From an uncultured delta proteobacterium (GTDB lineage Bacteria; Desulfobacterota; Syntrophobacteria; Syntrophobacterales; Syntrophobacteraceae): DNA of 50,264 bases. The stretch covers positions 1 to 50,264 of the forward strand of contig CAWEHK010000027.1 of the NCBI GenBank assembly GCA_963808625.1, given 5' to 3'. Under the pieces are notes generated by a model, which saw nothing but the letters and a program-made list of their open reading frames with translations, did not search any database and was not told the origin of the DNA. Below, piece after piece: positions 11,481 through 21,098 of the stretch (position 1 is its first letter; every line of letters starts with the position of its first letter). The translations under genes were made by a program, and so were the position numbers.

Positions 11481-11719
11481 CTGCCACACGCTGGCTGTCG
11501 GAAACGTTATTTTGCGATGATGCCTCGGACCGCCTTGCGAAGGGCTTTCCACACCATCCCATACCCGTGTTGCTTCTTGTCTGTCTGGCCGTTAATCGTC
11601 GATAGGGTTTCAAGTCATCGAGAGAAAGCCGATACAGTCACTCCAACTTCTTGGAGGCGCTCTGAAAGAAAAGCTTGCCTCCAGTCAGCGCCCTTCGGGC
11701 GGACTACAAAACACAAATT

Positions 11720-11940
11720 CACCGCAGAGAGCGCAGAGAGCGCAGAGGGAACCATAGCTTAGAGAAAAATCTTAACAGAATTTCAAGAGCTTGAACGTAA
11801 GCAAGGCAGTAAAGATCTCCCCTCAAGAGCTCCGAAATCACTATTGGAGGCTTTCGATGTCTTTCTCTGCGTCTTCTGCTCCGAAAAGTCACTTTTCATG
11901 TGTCTTCGGGTGTACCGAAGGGACATGAGGGACTGCGGTA
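11720..11940. repeat. 9-mer tandem/inverted repeat element with an inserted hairpin
   Basis: ACCGCAGAGAGCGCAGAGAGCGCAGAG near 11721; complementary CTCTGCGTCTTCTGC..CTGCGGT downstream, split by hairpin TCATGTGTCTTCGG..CCGAAGGGACATGA. Confidence 0.6.
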
Positions 11941-12143
11941 AAAAGAAACTGAAATTCCTGTACGATCAAGTTACGAATTCTATTTATGTCGCCGTGTGGT
12001 AGAATCACTCGGTTGAGGCAGATTGGGCTCATTCGTCTTCACCAGAGGGCTTTTTGAGAAGGGCTCTGCCGGGAAGAGACAAGTATCCGGCCGCCAGCAA
12101 ACAGGCACTCTGGAATTCTTCAGTCATCTTTCATCGTTATGGA

Positions 12144-13946
12144 ATGGCAATGAAAATACGATTCATCCTGGTTGCGCTGATGGTCATGTTCGAGGCGCTC
12201 ATTTTGGGGGTGTCTGGTTTTCCGACATCCAATCTGCTCTATGGGGAGCCGCCGGTCGGGGAGAATGCCACCTCGGTCGAGCCGGCCGCGCGCGTGCCGC
12301 ATCCGGATGTTGCGATCCCCGCACTGGAGGTTATTTCGGGGTCCGTTGAGGAACTGAAGCAGGAGATCAACCAGAAGGAGGAAGAGCTCCACCTGGCCAA
12401 AAGGGAAGACCAAAAAGCGCGGATTTTGAAAGAGCTGGCCGAATTGAACGGCAGCCTCGAGTCCCTCATGCGGAATTTTGGGCGCATCGCCACCGGCGTA
12501 GACCTCGAGGCGTTCACGGCAAAACCCAGGCAGCAGTTTGACTGGCGCGAACAGCTCCAGGAGGTCCTCGGGCCCATCATCAAAGAGCTGCAAAGCATGA
12601 CGGCCCATCCGCGGGAAATTGAAAAACTGCGCGGTGAGACAGCCTTTTACGAAAACCAGATCGCAACGGCCAAAGGCGCCATTCAAAATGTGCAGAGACT
12701 CATCGGCGAGACCCGCGACCAGCAGGTCCTGAACCTGTTGCAGGGAGTGGAGAAGGACTGGCGGCAGAGAGAACAGCAGCTTTCCAGCCAACTGACGGTC
12801 GTGGGCTATCAACTGATCGAAAAGCTCAAAGAGCAGAAGCCCTTCCTGGAATCGTTCCAGAACCTGATGAAAGTTTTCTTCAAGAGCCGGGGAAAGAACC
12901 TGCTTTTTGCATTTTCTGCTTTTCTCCTGGTGCTCTTCCTCTTTCGTCTTCTCTACCGGTTGCTCTACCGCTTCAGTCCCATCCACAAAACAGGTGAGCG
13001 CACCTTTTACACGCGCCTCACCGATCTCATCTATTATGTGGCGTCATTTCTGGGGGCCACCGGCGCCTCGCTCCTGGTGCTCTATGCCGCGGCCGACTGG
13101 GTCCTGCTCAGCATTGCCGCGCTGTTTCTCCTGGGTATCGTCTGGACCGCGAGGCAGACGCTGCCGAAATTTCTGACCGAGGCAAAATTCCTGCTGAATC
13201 TGGGAACGGTGAGAGAGGGGGAACGCGTCGTCTATCATGGTATTCCGTGGGAGGTGCAGTCCCTCAACTTCAACACCCAGTTGGTCAATTCCCAATTGAA
13301 GGGCGGGGTGCTCAGTCTTCCTCTGCGGGAGCTCATGGACCTCAGGTCCCGCCCCTATGATCCGGCTGAACGCTGGTTCCCCTGCAAAGAATCCGAGTGG
13401 GTGATGCTCGCGGATGGGACCCTGGGGCCGGTGACCATGCAAACCCCCGAAGTGGTAGAAATCACGCTGATAGGGGGAAGCCGCAAGACCTATCCCACGG
13501 CCGAATTTCTTAAACAGAACCCGAATAACATCTCTGCCGGCTTTCGCCTTACCACCACGGTTCGCTTTGACACTCGGCATCAGAGTGAAAGCACCCGCGA
13601 GATTCCCGATAAACTGAAAGAGGCGGTGTGGGGCGAGCTGAATAAGGAAAGTTTCGCCAAAAAGATCCTCAATGTCAGTGTCGAATTCAAGGAGGCCCAA
13701 TCTTCCTCCCTGGACCTTGCCATCCTCGTGGACGTCGCCGAGAAGGCAGGCCGGCATTACGACAGGCTGACGAGGATGATCCCGAGGATTGCCGTGGAAG
13801 CGTGTAACGAGTATGGATGGGTGATTCCCTTTCCCCAGATTACCCTGCATACCGGTAGTCCCCACGGCGAGGCCCCGGAGTCTCCGCCAGAATCGAAAGG
13901 CAAGAAGCGCTGGGGACTTTGGCGGAAAGGGGTTGTTCAAGAATAG
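12144..13946 (+). CDS. MscS-family mechanosensitive channel with long periplasmic coiled coil
   Basis: Signal-like N-terminus, coiled coil, about three TM helices, VREGERV, C-terminal IPFPQITLH. Confidence 0.75.
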   Translation: MAMKIRFILVALMVMFEALILGVSGFPTSNLLYGEPPVGENATSVEPAARVPHPDVAIPALEVISGSVEELKQEINQKEEELHLAKREDQKARILKELAELNGSLESLMRNFGRIATGVDLEAFTAKPRQQFDWREQLQEVLGPIIKELQSMTAHPREIEKLRGETAFYENQIATAKGAIQNVQRLIGETRDQQVLNLLQGVEKDWRQREQQLSSQLTVVGYQLIEKLKEQKPFLESFQNLMKVFFKSRGKNLLFAFSAFLLVLFLFRLLYRLLYRFSPIHKTGERTFYTRLTDLIYYVASFLGATGASLLVLYAAADWVLLSIAALFLLGIVWTARQTLPKFLTEAKFLLNLGTVREGERVVYHGIPWEVQSLNFNTQLVNSQLKGGVLSLPLRELMDLRSRPYDPAERWFPCKESEWVMLADGTLGPVTMQTPEVVEITLIGGSRKTYPTAEFLKQNPNNISAGFRLTTTVRFDTRHQSESTREIPDKLKEAVWGELNKESFAKKILNVSVEFKEAQSSSLDLAILVDVAEKAGRHYDRLTRMIPRIAVEACNEYGWVIPFPQITLHTGSPHGEAPESPPESKGKKRWGLWRKGVVQE

Positions 13947-13967
13947 GAGAACATCTTTAACCACTTT

Positions 13968-14056
13968 AACCACGGAATACACGGAATACACGGAAGAGAG
14001 AAGAGACACGGAAGACCAAAACTGATTCTTTCGTGTTTTTCGTGTGTTTTGTGGTT
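13968..14056. repeat. 9-mer tandem/inverted repeat element
   Basis: AACCACGGAATACACGGAATACACGGAA followed by imperfect complement TTCGTGTTTTTCGTGTGTTTTGTGGTT. Confidence 0.75.
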
Positions 14057-14109
14057 CGAAATAGTTTCAATTGGACAGGGCAGGCTTTCGACGAAGGTTC
14101 GGGAAGCGT

Positions 14110-15567
14110 ATGAAGATAAAACTCGGGATCATGTTCAAGCTCTTCTTGTGGTACCTGGTGCTCATCTCCATCTTTTATGGGACGATTTTGATCCTGTTTC
14201 TCCATATTCAGCAAATCATGAGCATTTCCGAAAACATCGTGAACAGAAACTATAAAATCTCCTCCGCCTCCAAAAAAATGATCGATAGCCTGCTCTGGAT
14301 GGCAGAGAGTGAGAGCAAATATGATCTATTGAAAAAAGAAGACTACAAGGAGTATTTTGTCGCGGCGCAGAGGGAGTTCGAGGGAAGCCTTACCGAGATC
14401 CTCTTTTTCGAAGGGACGGAGGAGGATGCTGGGAACCCCTGGAGGCAGCTCTATCAGGACTATGTGGCGCAGCTTCCCGGTGCTCGGGAAGGGCCGGAGG
14501 AAGGAGAACCGTCCAAAACCCTGTGGATTCCGGAAACGGTTATCAATGACTGGATCCAGAGGATATCCAAAGCGCGAACCGAGAACGAACAGAGTATCGA
14601 GGGGCAGATGCTGACTCTCAATAAGCGGGGTCAGCAGGCTGTCCGGCTTGGCTTTGTGGGCCTGGGGTTCTCGCTTCTGGTCGGTTTGCTGGGAACCATT
14701 TTCCTGACCCATTCCATGAACCGTCCCCTGCGCGAGCTGCGCAGGGGCATTCGCGCCATCTCCCATAGGGGGTTGAGTGATCCCATCCGCATCCCGTCGC
14801 GGGATGAATTCGGGGAACTGGCTGGGGCCTTCAACGAGATGGCGGCACTGCTCAAGGAGGAAGAACGGATGCGCTCCGATTTCATTTCGATGCTGAGCCA
14901 TGAAATCCGCACTCCTCTTACCTCGATCAGAGAGTCGGTGAACATGATTGCAGAAGAGCTCATGGGTCCCATCAATCAGCGGCAGCGCCGGTTCCTCGAG
15001 ATCGCCGGGGGCGAAATAGAGCGCATTTCAGACCTTCTCAGCCACCTCATGCAGGTTTCCCGCATGGAGGCGGGGGCCCTCAAGATCGACCTCCGGCCCC
15101 TTGACCCATCCGTCTTTCTGTCCAACTCCATTTACCGGGTCGCTCCGGCCGCCGAAGCCAAAGGCATCACCATCAAGACCAATATCTCCCCCGGCATGCC
15201 CTTCATCATGGGAGACCCGGACAACCTCCAGCAGGTGCTCTTGAATCTTTTGGGCAATGCCATTAAGTTTTCTCCTTCGCAAAGCGAGGTGATGGTCTCG
15301 ATGGAGGCCGAAGAGTCGGCAAAGGGCCTCAATTTGAAGTTTTCCGTTACGGACCAGGGCCCGGGGGTCCCGGAAGAAGAGCAGTCGCTGGTGTTTCACA
15401 AGTATTATCGTGCTCCTGGGACCCGGGAACAGGCGGACGGCGTGGGCCTGGGCCTCAGCATTTCCCGCTACATCGTCGAAGCGCATGGCGGAACGATCTG
15501 GGTAACAAGTCAGGTCGGTGAGGGGAGCACCTTCGGGTTCACCCTGCCCGCCCTGACCAGGGAATGA
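14110..15567 (+). CDS. HAMP-domain sensor histidine kinase (GlrK/QseE-like)
   Basis: Two TM helices, HAMP (DEFGELAGAFNEM), H-box SHEIRTPLT, NLLGNAIKF, DQGPG, GLGLSI. Confidence 0.92.
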   Translation: MKIKLGIMFKLFLWYLVLISIFYGTILILFLHIQQIMSISENIVNRNYKISSASKKMIDSLLWMAESESKYDLLKKEDYKEYFVAAQREFEGSLTEILFFEGTEEDAGNPWRQLYQDYVAQLPGAREGPEEGEPSKTLWIPETVINDWIQRISKARTENEQSIEGQMLTLNKRGQQAVRLGFVGLGFSLLVGLLGTIFLTHSMNRPLRELRRGIRAISHRGLSDPIRIPSRDEFGELAGAFNEMAALLKEEERMRSDFISMLSHEIRTPLTSIRESVNMIAEELMGPINQRQRRFLEIAGGEIERISDLLSHLMQVSRMEAGALKIDLRPLDPSVFLSNSIYRVAPAAEAKGITIKTNISPGMPFIMGDPDNLQQVLLNLLGNAIKFSPSQSEVMVSMEAEESAKGLNLKFSVTDQGPGVPEEEQSLVFHKYYRAPGTREQADGVGLGLSISRYIVEAHGGTIWVTSQVGEGSTFGFTLPALTRE

Positions 15568-15571
15568 AGGA

Positions 15572-16234
15572 ATGAGTATGAGGTGGATTATTCAGTCGGG
15601 TCGGCTATACTACTGGTGCCTGACGCTGGCCTTCTTTGCCGGGACCGGGCTTACCGCATGCACTGCGCTCCCGAAACCGCAACCGTCAGAGAAGAGCTCC
15701 TTTTCTCACGAGCTCGAACGGAGGACCTGGGAAGAGGGCATGCAGGCCTTCGACGAGGGTGACTACGAGAAGGCCAGGGCGGTTTTCGAGGCGCTTACGG
15801 AGAGCGCGGAAACCGATAGCCTCAGACGCAGGGCATTTTTTGCCTTGGCTTCGACCCGCCTCGTGCTGGCACAAACGCCCGAGGAATTCAGTGAGGCCAT
15901 GTCGATTTGGGCCTGTTGGGGGAGGCAGATGCCTGGGAACCCAGAAGACGAAGACCCTCGAATGCTCACGCCCTTCCTGGAGCGGCTCACTCCGCCCGGG
16001 GCGCCGGAGACGCACCTGAGCCAGAATCAGCCCCCGGTGAGGAAGATCGTCGTATACATCCCTTCTGGGGGCTGTAAAGACCTTCTCCAGGCGAAAGAGA
16101 AGGAACTGGATCGGACGAAAGCAAAACTGGATGCCAGGGAGAAGGAAATACGGCGCCTCAAGCACCAGATCGACAGCCTTGAAGCCATCCATCTGAAGTA
16201 CCAAGAACGCAAGCAGGGAGTCTCTTCGCCTTGA
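15572..16234 (+). CDS. Lipoprotein with TPR and coiled coil (QseG/YfhG-like)
   Basis: Lipobox LTAC; C-terminal IRRLKHQIDSLEAIH coiled coil; sits between the kinase and the sigma54 regulator. Confidence 0.65.
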   Translation: MSMRWIIQSGRLYYWCLTLAFFAGTGLTACTALPKPQPSEKSSFSHELERRTWEEGMQAFDEGDYEKARAVFEALTESAETDSLRRRAFFALASTRLVLAQTPEEFSEAMSIWACWGRQMPGNPEDEDPRMLTPFLERLTPPGAPETHLSQNQPPVRKIVVYIPSGGCKDLLQAKEKELDRTKAKLDAREKEIRRLKHQIDSLEAIHLKYQERKQGVSSP

Positions 16235-17643
16235 AAGAACGAAACTCCGATCAAACGGCGCCTTCCCGGCAAACCGTCCTGATTGTGGATGATGATCCCC
16301 ACATCCTGGAAGTCCTGGAAGCCCGCCTGTCCTCATCAGGAATTCGTGTCCGCACCGCGATGAGCGCCCCGGAAGCCCTCGAAATCCTGAAAGCGCACCC
16401 CGTAGACCTTCTTATCTCGGATGTCCGGATGCCTGGAATGGGAGGCATGGACCTTTTCAGCCAGGCCCACGCCTTGCGGCCGGAGCTTCCGGTGATTTTT
16501 CTGACGGCTTACGGGACCATTCCGGATGCGGTGAAGGCCGTGAAAGCCGGGGTTGTGGACTATTTGACCAAACCCTTCGAGGGCCGCGACCTGCTGCTCA
16601 AGGTCCAGGACATCCTGCGCACGCGCGCCCCGCGCCCGCTGCAGGAAGCCCTGCCGCCGCTGAACAAGGTCCTCACCGGGGGCAAAAGCCCGGCGATGCG
16701 GGAACTCTACGAGCTGATCGAGCGGATTGCACCGAGTGACATAAACGTTCTCATTCTGGGTGAGAGTGGGGTCGGGAAAGAAAGGGTGGCGCGCCTTATT
16801 CACGAGCGCGGTCCTCGCCGGCATCATCCTTTTGTTGTGGTGGATTGCGGGTCCACCCCCACCGGGCTGCTCGAGAGTGAGCTGTTCGGGCACGTGCGCG
16901 GGGCCTTCACCCACGCCATCCGCGACAAGAAGGGATTGATCGAGGCCGCAGACCGGGGGACCCTGTTCCTGGATGAGATTGGAAACATCTCGGCCGAGAT
17001 GCAGATGCGCCTGCTGCGCTTCCTCGAGGACCGCAAGATCAGGAGAATCGGAGATCTGCGGGAGATCCCCGTAGACTGCCGCGTCATTGCCGCCACCAAT
17101 GTCGACCTGCCGGAAGAGGTTGAGGAAGGGAATTTTCGGGAAGATCTCTATTATCGGCTGCGGGTGGTCACCCTCAAGATTCCGCCTTTGCGCGACCGAA
17201 AAGAGGACATTCCTCTGCTCGCTCAGAACTTTGTCGAAGCCTTTTGCGAAAGCCACAAGCTTACCCAGGCCAAGCTGCCGCCCGAAACCGTCAAGTGGCT
17301 TACCGAATATCCGTGGCCAGGCAATGTGAGGGAGCTGAAGAACGCTCTCGAGGGCGGGGTGGTGCTTTGCCGCGATGGCACCTTACGCCCCGGCGAACTC
17401 AACCTTCCGGGTCTTCCCGGGCTGCGGCCCAAGGCCGCAGCGGCGAGCGGGGGCGAGGCCTTTTCTCTGGACGAGAGTGAGCGCAATGCGATCATTCGCG
17501 CCTTGCAGCAGGCGGGATGGGTGCAAAAGGATGCCGCCGGACTGCTTGGTATCAGCCGTCGGGCAATCCATTACAAAATCAAGAAATATGGCATTGAACT
17601 TGCCGGAAAACGCTCAGGCGGAGACGAACCTCCCGGCGATTGA
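16231..17643 (+). CDS. Sigma54-dependent response regulator (NtrC/GlrR-like)
   Basis: REC domain, GESGVGKE, ESELFGH..GAFTHA, LFLDEI, WPGNVREL, Fis-type HTH. Confidence 0.93.
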   Translation: MKERNSDQTAPSRQTVLIVDDDPHILEVLEARLSSSGIRVRTAMSAPEALEILKAHPVDLLISDVRMPGMGGMDLFSQAHALRPELPVIFLTAYGTIPDAVKAVKAGVVDYLTKPFEGRDLLLKVQDILRTRAPRPLQEALPPLNKVLTGGKSPAMRELYELIERIAPSDINVLILGESGVGKERVARLIHERGPRRHHPFVVVDCGSTPTGLLESELFGHVRGAFTHAIRDKKGLIEAADRGTLFLDEIGNISAEMQMRLLRFLEDRKIRRIGDLREIPVDCRVIAATNVDLPEEVEEGNFREDLYYRLRVVTLKIPPLRDRKEDIPLLAQNFVEAFCESHKLTQAKLPPETVKWLTEYPWPGNVRELKNALEGGVVLCRDGTLRPGELNLPGLPGLRPKAAAASGGEAFSLDESERNAIIRALQQAGWVQKDAAGLLGISRRAIHYKIKKYGIELAGKRSGGDEPPGD

Positions 17644-17799
17644 AGGGCTTCCGCTAAAATACGGTCTTGTTCCTCGCAAAATACATAGAAACCCCTATTT
17701 ACAATCCCTGTTCGATCAAATAGGCAGTTGAGTTAATACTCAAGCTCTACCAGGACTATCTCCAGTCCGGGCTCTTGGTATTCGAAAGGGGAACGGAAG

Positions 17800-18183
17800 A
17801 TGCTTTCGGTACTGGTCATTGAAAACAATGAGTTCTTCAGGAAATCCTTTGCGGGTATGCTGAAGAGCCACCTGCCGGCCCTTGCCATCGACGAGACCGG
17901 GGATGGCGACGAGGCCTTTGAAAAGATCGCTTCGATCGTTCCGGACATCATTTTTCTCGACATCCGCCTGCCCGGAAAAAATGGGCTTGAATTGACGAAA
18001 GAAATAAAGACCAGGTACCCGAAGACGAAGATCGGGATCTTTTCGAACCTTGACCTCCCGGAATACCGACTGACGGCCTCCAAGTGCGGTGCCGATTATT
18101 TTTTGGACAAATCAGCCCTCTGCTGCAGCGAGATCGTTGCCTTGATCGAAGACTTGGTGGTCGGCAAGAGCTTGTCCGCCTGA
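17800..18183 (+). CDS. Single-domain response regulator
   Basis: PDIIFLDIRLPGKNGL..GADYFLDK. Confidence 0.85.
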   Translation: MLSVLVIENNEFFRKSFAGMLKSHLPALAIDETGDGDEAFEKIASIVPDIIFLDIRLPGKNGLELTKEIKTRYPKTKIGIFSNLDLPEYRLTASKCGADYFLDKSALCCSEIVALIEDLVVGKSLSA

Positions 18184-18331
18184 CCCTGCCATCTGTTGTG
18201 CGTACCGCTCGGCATCAGCCATGGCTTCCCTTTTTGCCCCACCACGAAGCACACGAAGAGAACGTCTCGTTTCTTGTTTCGCTCCCGCATCGGGAGGACT
18301 CGCAGCGGCTCTGAAGTGTCCCATCCCCTGA

Positions 18332-18569
18332 GAGGGTGCCTAAAAACTCTCATCAAGTGCCTTTGTGATGATTGCTGCCACGTATATGATTGCCGTGACG
18401 CATATGATTGCCGTGACGCATGCAAAAGTCCAAAATAGTCATTCCCGCATGCTTCAAGCGGGAATCCAGATAGCTTGTGATCCCTGGACCCCCGCCAAGG
18501 CTTGTCCCCGCAGGCTGTAGGCTGGGAACATGCGGGGGTGACGACCGGGGGGCCTTTTTCGACACGCTC
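18332..18569. mobile_element. MITE-like element with an internal REP doublet
   Basis: Ends GAGGGTGCCTAAAAA and TTTTTCGACACGCTC (12/15 complementary); internal GTCATTCCCGC..GCGGGAATCCAG and CTGGACCCCCGC..GCGGGGGTGAC; 18-bp tandem duplication near 18384-18420. Confidence 0.65.
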
Positions 18570-18710
18570 CGACAAGTGCCGGCAAGAGCCGATTCTTGCC
18601 GGCAAAAGCATCGCACCGCCTCAAGTTGACCGCGCCCGGTCCTATCCTTGCCTTGCGAGGGCCTTACCGCTTTTCATTTGGGCCTGCCTGCGCTATATTC
18701 TGCCGGCTCT

Positions 18711-18847
18711 TAGAAAACTATCTCAAAATCGTCAAGACGCTCTCAATCGTCATTCCGGCGAAAGCCGGAATCCAGGTTTGCCGTGGGGTCCTGGACCCCG
18801 GCTTCCGCCGGGGTGACGATATGAGCCAGTTTTGAGATAGTTTCTTA
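18711..18847. mobile_element. MITE-like element with an internal REP doublet
   Basis: Perfect 14-bp inverted repeat AAACTATCTCAAAA (18715-18728) / TTTTGAGATAGTTT (18830-18843); internal GTCATTCCGGCGAAAGCCGGAATCCAG..CTGGACCCCGGCTTCCGCCGGGGTGAC. Confidence 0.75.
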
Positions 18848-18881
18848 TCGGTGAAGTCCGGTTTGAAATCGAGAAGGGTGC

Positions 18882-20303
18882 ATGCTCATTTTGCGAATAA
18901 AGAAGCGCTGTCTGCCGCTCGTGTTGCTCGCCATGTTTTTTTCGGGTGGTTTTGCTGCCGCAGCTGAGGTCCCGGTGCTGGGGCTGAATCAGATGATTCG
19001 AATGGCCTTGGAGAAGAGCCCCGAAATGAAAGAGGCGGAACAGGACGTTATGGCGGCCCGAAGTGAATTGGCCCAGGCGAAGGCCGGACAATGGGCGCGG
19101 CTGGAGGTCCTCGCTGTGGTCGGCCCTGCCGAAAACGCAGACCTCCCCACGGTTTCGACCTATCCCGCCGGCGCAGGGAGCTACGTGGGGCAGCTCGTAA
19201 ACAATGATAAAGACACGGTCGGCATTTTCGGTTCGCTCGATCTTGCCTTTATCCAGCCGCTTTTCACTTTTGGCAAAATTTCTTACCGTCAAGATGCCGC
19301 CGCATACGGAGTGGACGCGCAGAAAGCGGCCAAGGAGCAGAAACGCGCGCAAGTCGCGCTGAATATCAAGGAACTCTATTACGGAGTGATCGTTGCCAAG
19401 CAGGGGGTGGGCGCCGCCGATGACGCCAATCAATTTATCAGGGATGCCCGGCAACGCATTCAGCGCCTGCTCAACCTGGGCTCCCCCAATGTCAGCGATG
19501 TTGACCTCTACCGGCTTGAAACCTTCGAATCCGAAGTCATGCAGTTCAAGGCCAGAGCTGAAAAAGGCTCTCGGGTGGCCTATCTGGCTCTCAAGAAGAA
19601 CATCGGGTTGAAAGAGGACCAGGAATTTCAACTTGACCTGAAGGACCTGCCCAAGGATGCGCGGCAGCTTGAGCGGCAGGAAGAATACATGAATAGGGCC
19701 CTGGCGAACCGACCGGAACTTGAGCAGATCAAGAAAGGTATCGAAGTGCGCAAGGCGCTGGTCGATGCCGCCACGGCCGATCTCTATCCATCGGTTTTTC
19801 TGGGAGTGATGGCATCCCTGGCCGGGGCTCCCGGCCGGGAGCGGATGCCGATTTCCTATTTCCGCGACGATTTCAACCATGCAGAAGCGGGCTTATTCCT
19901 GGGCTCCAGCTGGCATTTCGATTTTGGCGTTGGCCGGGGAAAGGTCAACAAAGCCAAGGCCGAACATCAAAAGTTGCTCCATACCAAAGAGTATGCGGAA
20001 CGGAACATTCCCCTCGAAGTGGCCAAGTATTATCAGGATGCAATCGAGTATCAGAAGTCCTTTCAGGCTTATGAGAAGGGAATGATTGCCGCCCGGAAAT
20101 GGATTGTTGCGGCTTTTGCCAATTTCGACATCGGCACGGGCACCGCTAAGGATATGTTCGACGCCATCGACCGTTACGGGAAAAACCGGGGTGAATATCT
20201 CCTGTCCCTCTTTAACTATCACGTCGCTCTCGCCAAATTAAGTTACGCCATCGGGGAAAAATGGGTCGAGCCGTCAGACGCGCAGATGATTCAGCAACCA
20301 TGA
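18882..20303 (+). CDS. TolC-family outer membrane efflux protein
   Basis: Signal peptide, ALEKSP, QPLFTFGK, ALANRPEL, two OEP-like repeats. Confidence 0.88.
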   Translation: MLILRIKKRCLPLVLLAMFFSGGFAAAAEVPVLGLNQMIRMALEKSPEMKEAEQDVMAARSELAQAKAGQWARLEVLAVVGPAENADLPTVSTYPAGAGSYVGQLVNNDKDTVGIFGSLDLAFIQPLFTFGKISYRQDAAAYGVDAQKAAKEQKRAQVALNIKELYYGVIVAKQGVGAADDANQFIRDARQRIQRLLNLGSPNVSDVDLYRLETFESEVMQFKARAEKGSRVAYLALKKNIGLKEDQEFQLDLKDLPKDARQLERQEEYMNRALANRPELEQIKKGIEVRKALVDAATADLYPSVFLGVMASLAGAPGRERMPISYFRDDFNHAEAGLFLGSSWHFDFGVGRGKVNKAKAEHQKLLHTKEYAERNIPLEVAKYYQDAIEYQKSFQAYEKGMIAARKWIVAAFANFDIGTGTAKDMFDAIDRYGKNRGEYLLSLFNYHVALAKLSYAIGEKWVEPSDAQMIQQP

Positions 20304-20386
20304 TCGGAGTTCGTGGTGCTCCGACCGCAGACGCAGACCGCGAGCCGGTATTCGCCACCCTGATGGCTCAAAGGAAGGACATAAGA

Positions 20387-21010
20387 ATGAATATTCGGGC
20401 ATGCATCATCGTTTGTTTCGGTCTTGTCCTGCTGTTGGGCGGCTCCCCAAGCATGGCAGCTTCGCCAGGCGGCGCGGCGACCGTAAAGGCGGTCCTCGAT
20501 AAAGCCATGGACATCCAGACGCGGCCGGACCTCCAGGGTGAAGCCAACCTCAAGGAACGGACGCGGCTGATCCGGCAGCTTATTTCAGAGAATTTTGCTG
20601 CCGAGGAGATGGCGAGGGATTCGCTCAAGGAGAGCTGGGATAAGCTTTCGCCGGCGCAGCGCACGGAATTCCAGAAACTCTTCACCGCCCTGTTCCAAGA
20701 TTCCTACACCCGGATGGTGATAAACTTTCTTCAAAGAGAGAATGTGGAATATCGCGAGGAATCACCGGCGGATAAAGGCGTGAAAGTCCCCACCACGATT
20801 ATGCGGGCAAACGAACACATTCCGGTGGATTATCACCTGGTCCAAAAAAATGGCCGATGGCTCATCACCGATGTGGAGATCGATGGGGTCAGCATCGTCG
20901 AAAACTACCACAATAGCTTCCGCCGCGTCATCCAGACCAGCTCGTTCGACAACCTCCTGCAGAAGATGCGCCTCCAGAGCCAGGCAATCCAGGACGGTTC
21001 GGGGTCGTAA
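20387..21010 (+). CDS. hpnM: MlaC/Ttg2D/HpnM-like periplasmic lipid shuttle
   Basis: Signal peptide, WDKLSPAQRTEF, VDYHL..WLITDVEIDGVSIVENY; adjacent to hpn genes. Confidence 0.75.
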   Translation: MNIRACIIVCFGLVLLLGGSPSMAASPGGAATVKAVLDKAMDIQTRPDLQGEANLKERTRLIRQLISENFAAEEMARDSLKESWDKLSPAQRTEFQKLFTALFQDSYTRMVINFLQRENVEYREESPADKGVKVPTTIMRANEHIPVDYHLVQKNGRWLITDVEIDGVSIVENYHNSFRRVIQTSSFDNLLQKMRLQSQAIQDGSGS

Positions 21011-21023
21011 AGGCCGTGAAGAC

Positions 21024-21098
21024 AGTGGCTAGTGGTGACCAGCCACCGGATTGACCGGTAACCACTCCACTGGTCACTACCCACTAGCCACTAACCGC
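21024..21098. repeat. Inverted heptamer (AGTGGYT) arrays between convergent genes
   Basis: AGTGGCTAGTGGTGACC..GGTCACTACCCACTAGCCACTAACC; contains the hpnI stop codon. Confidence 0.7.
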
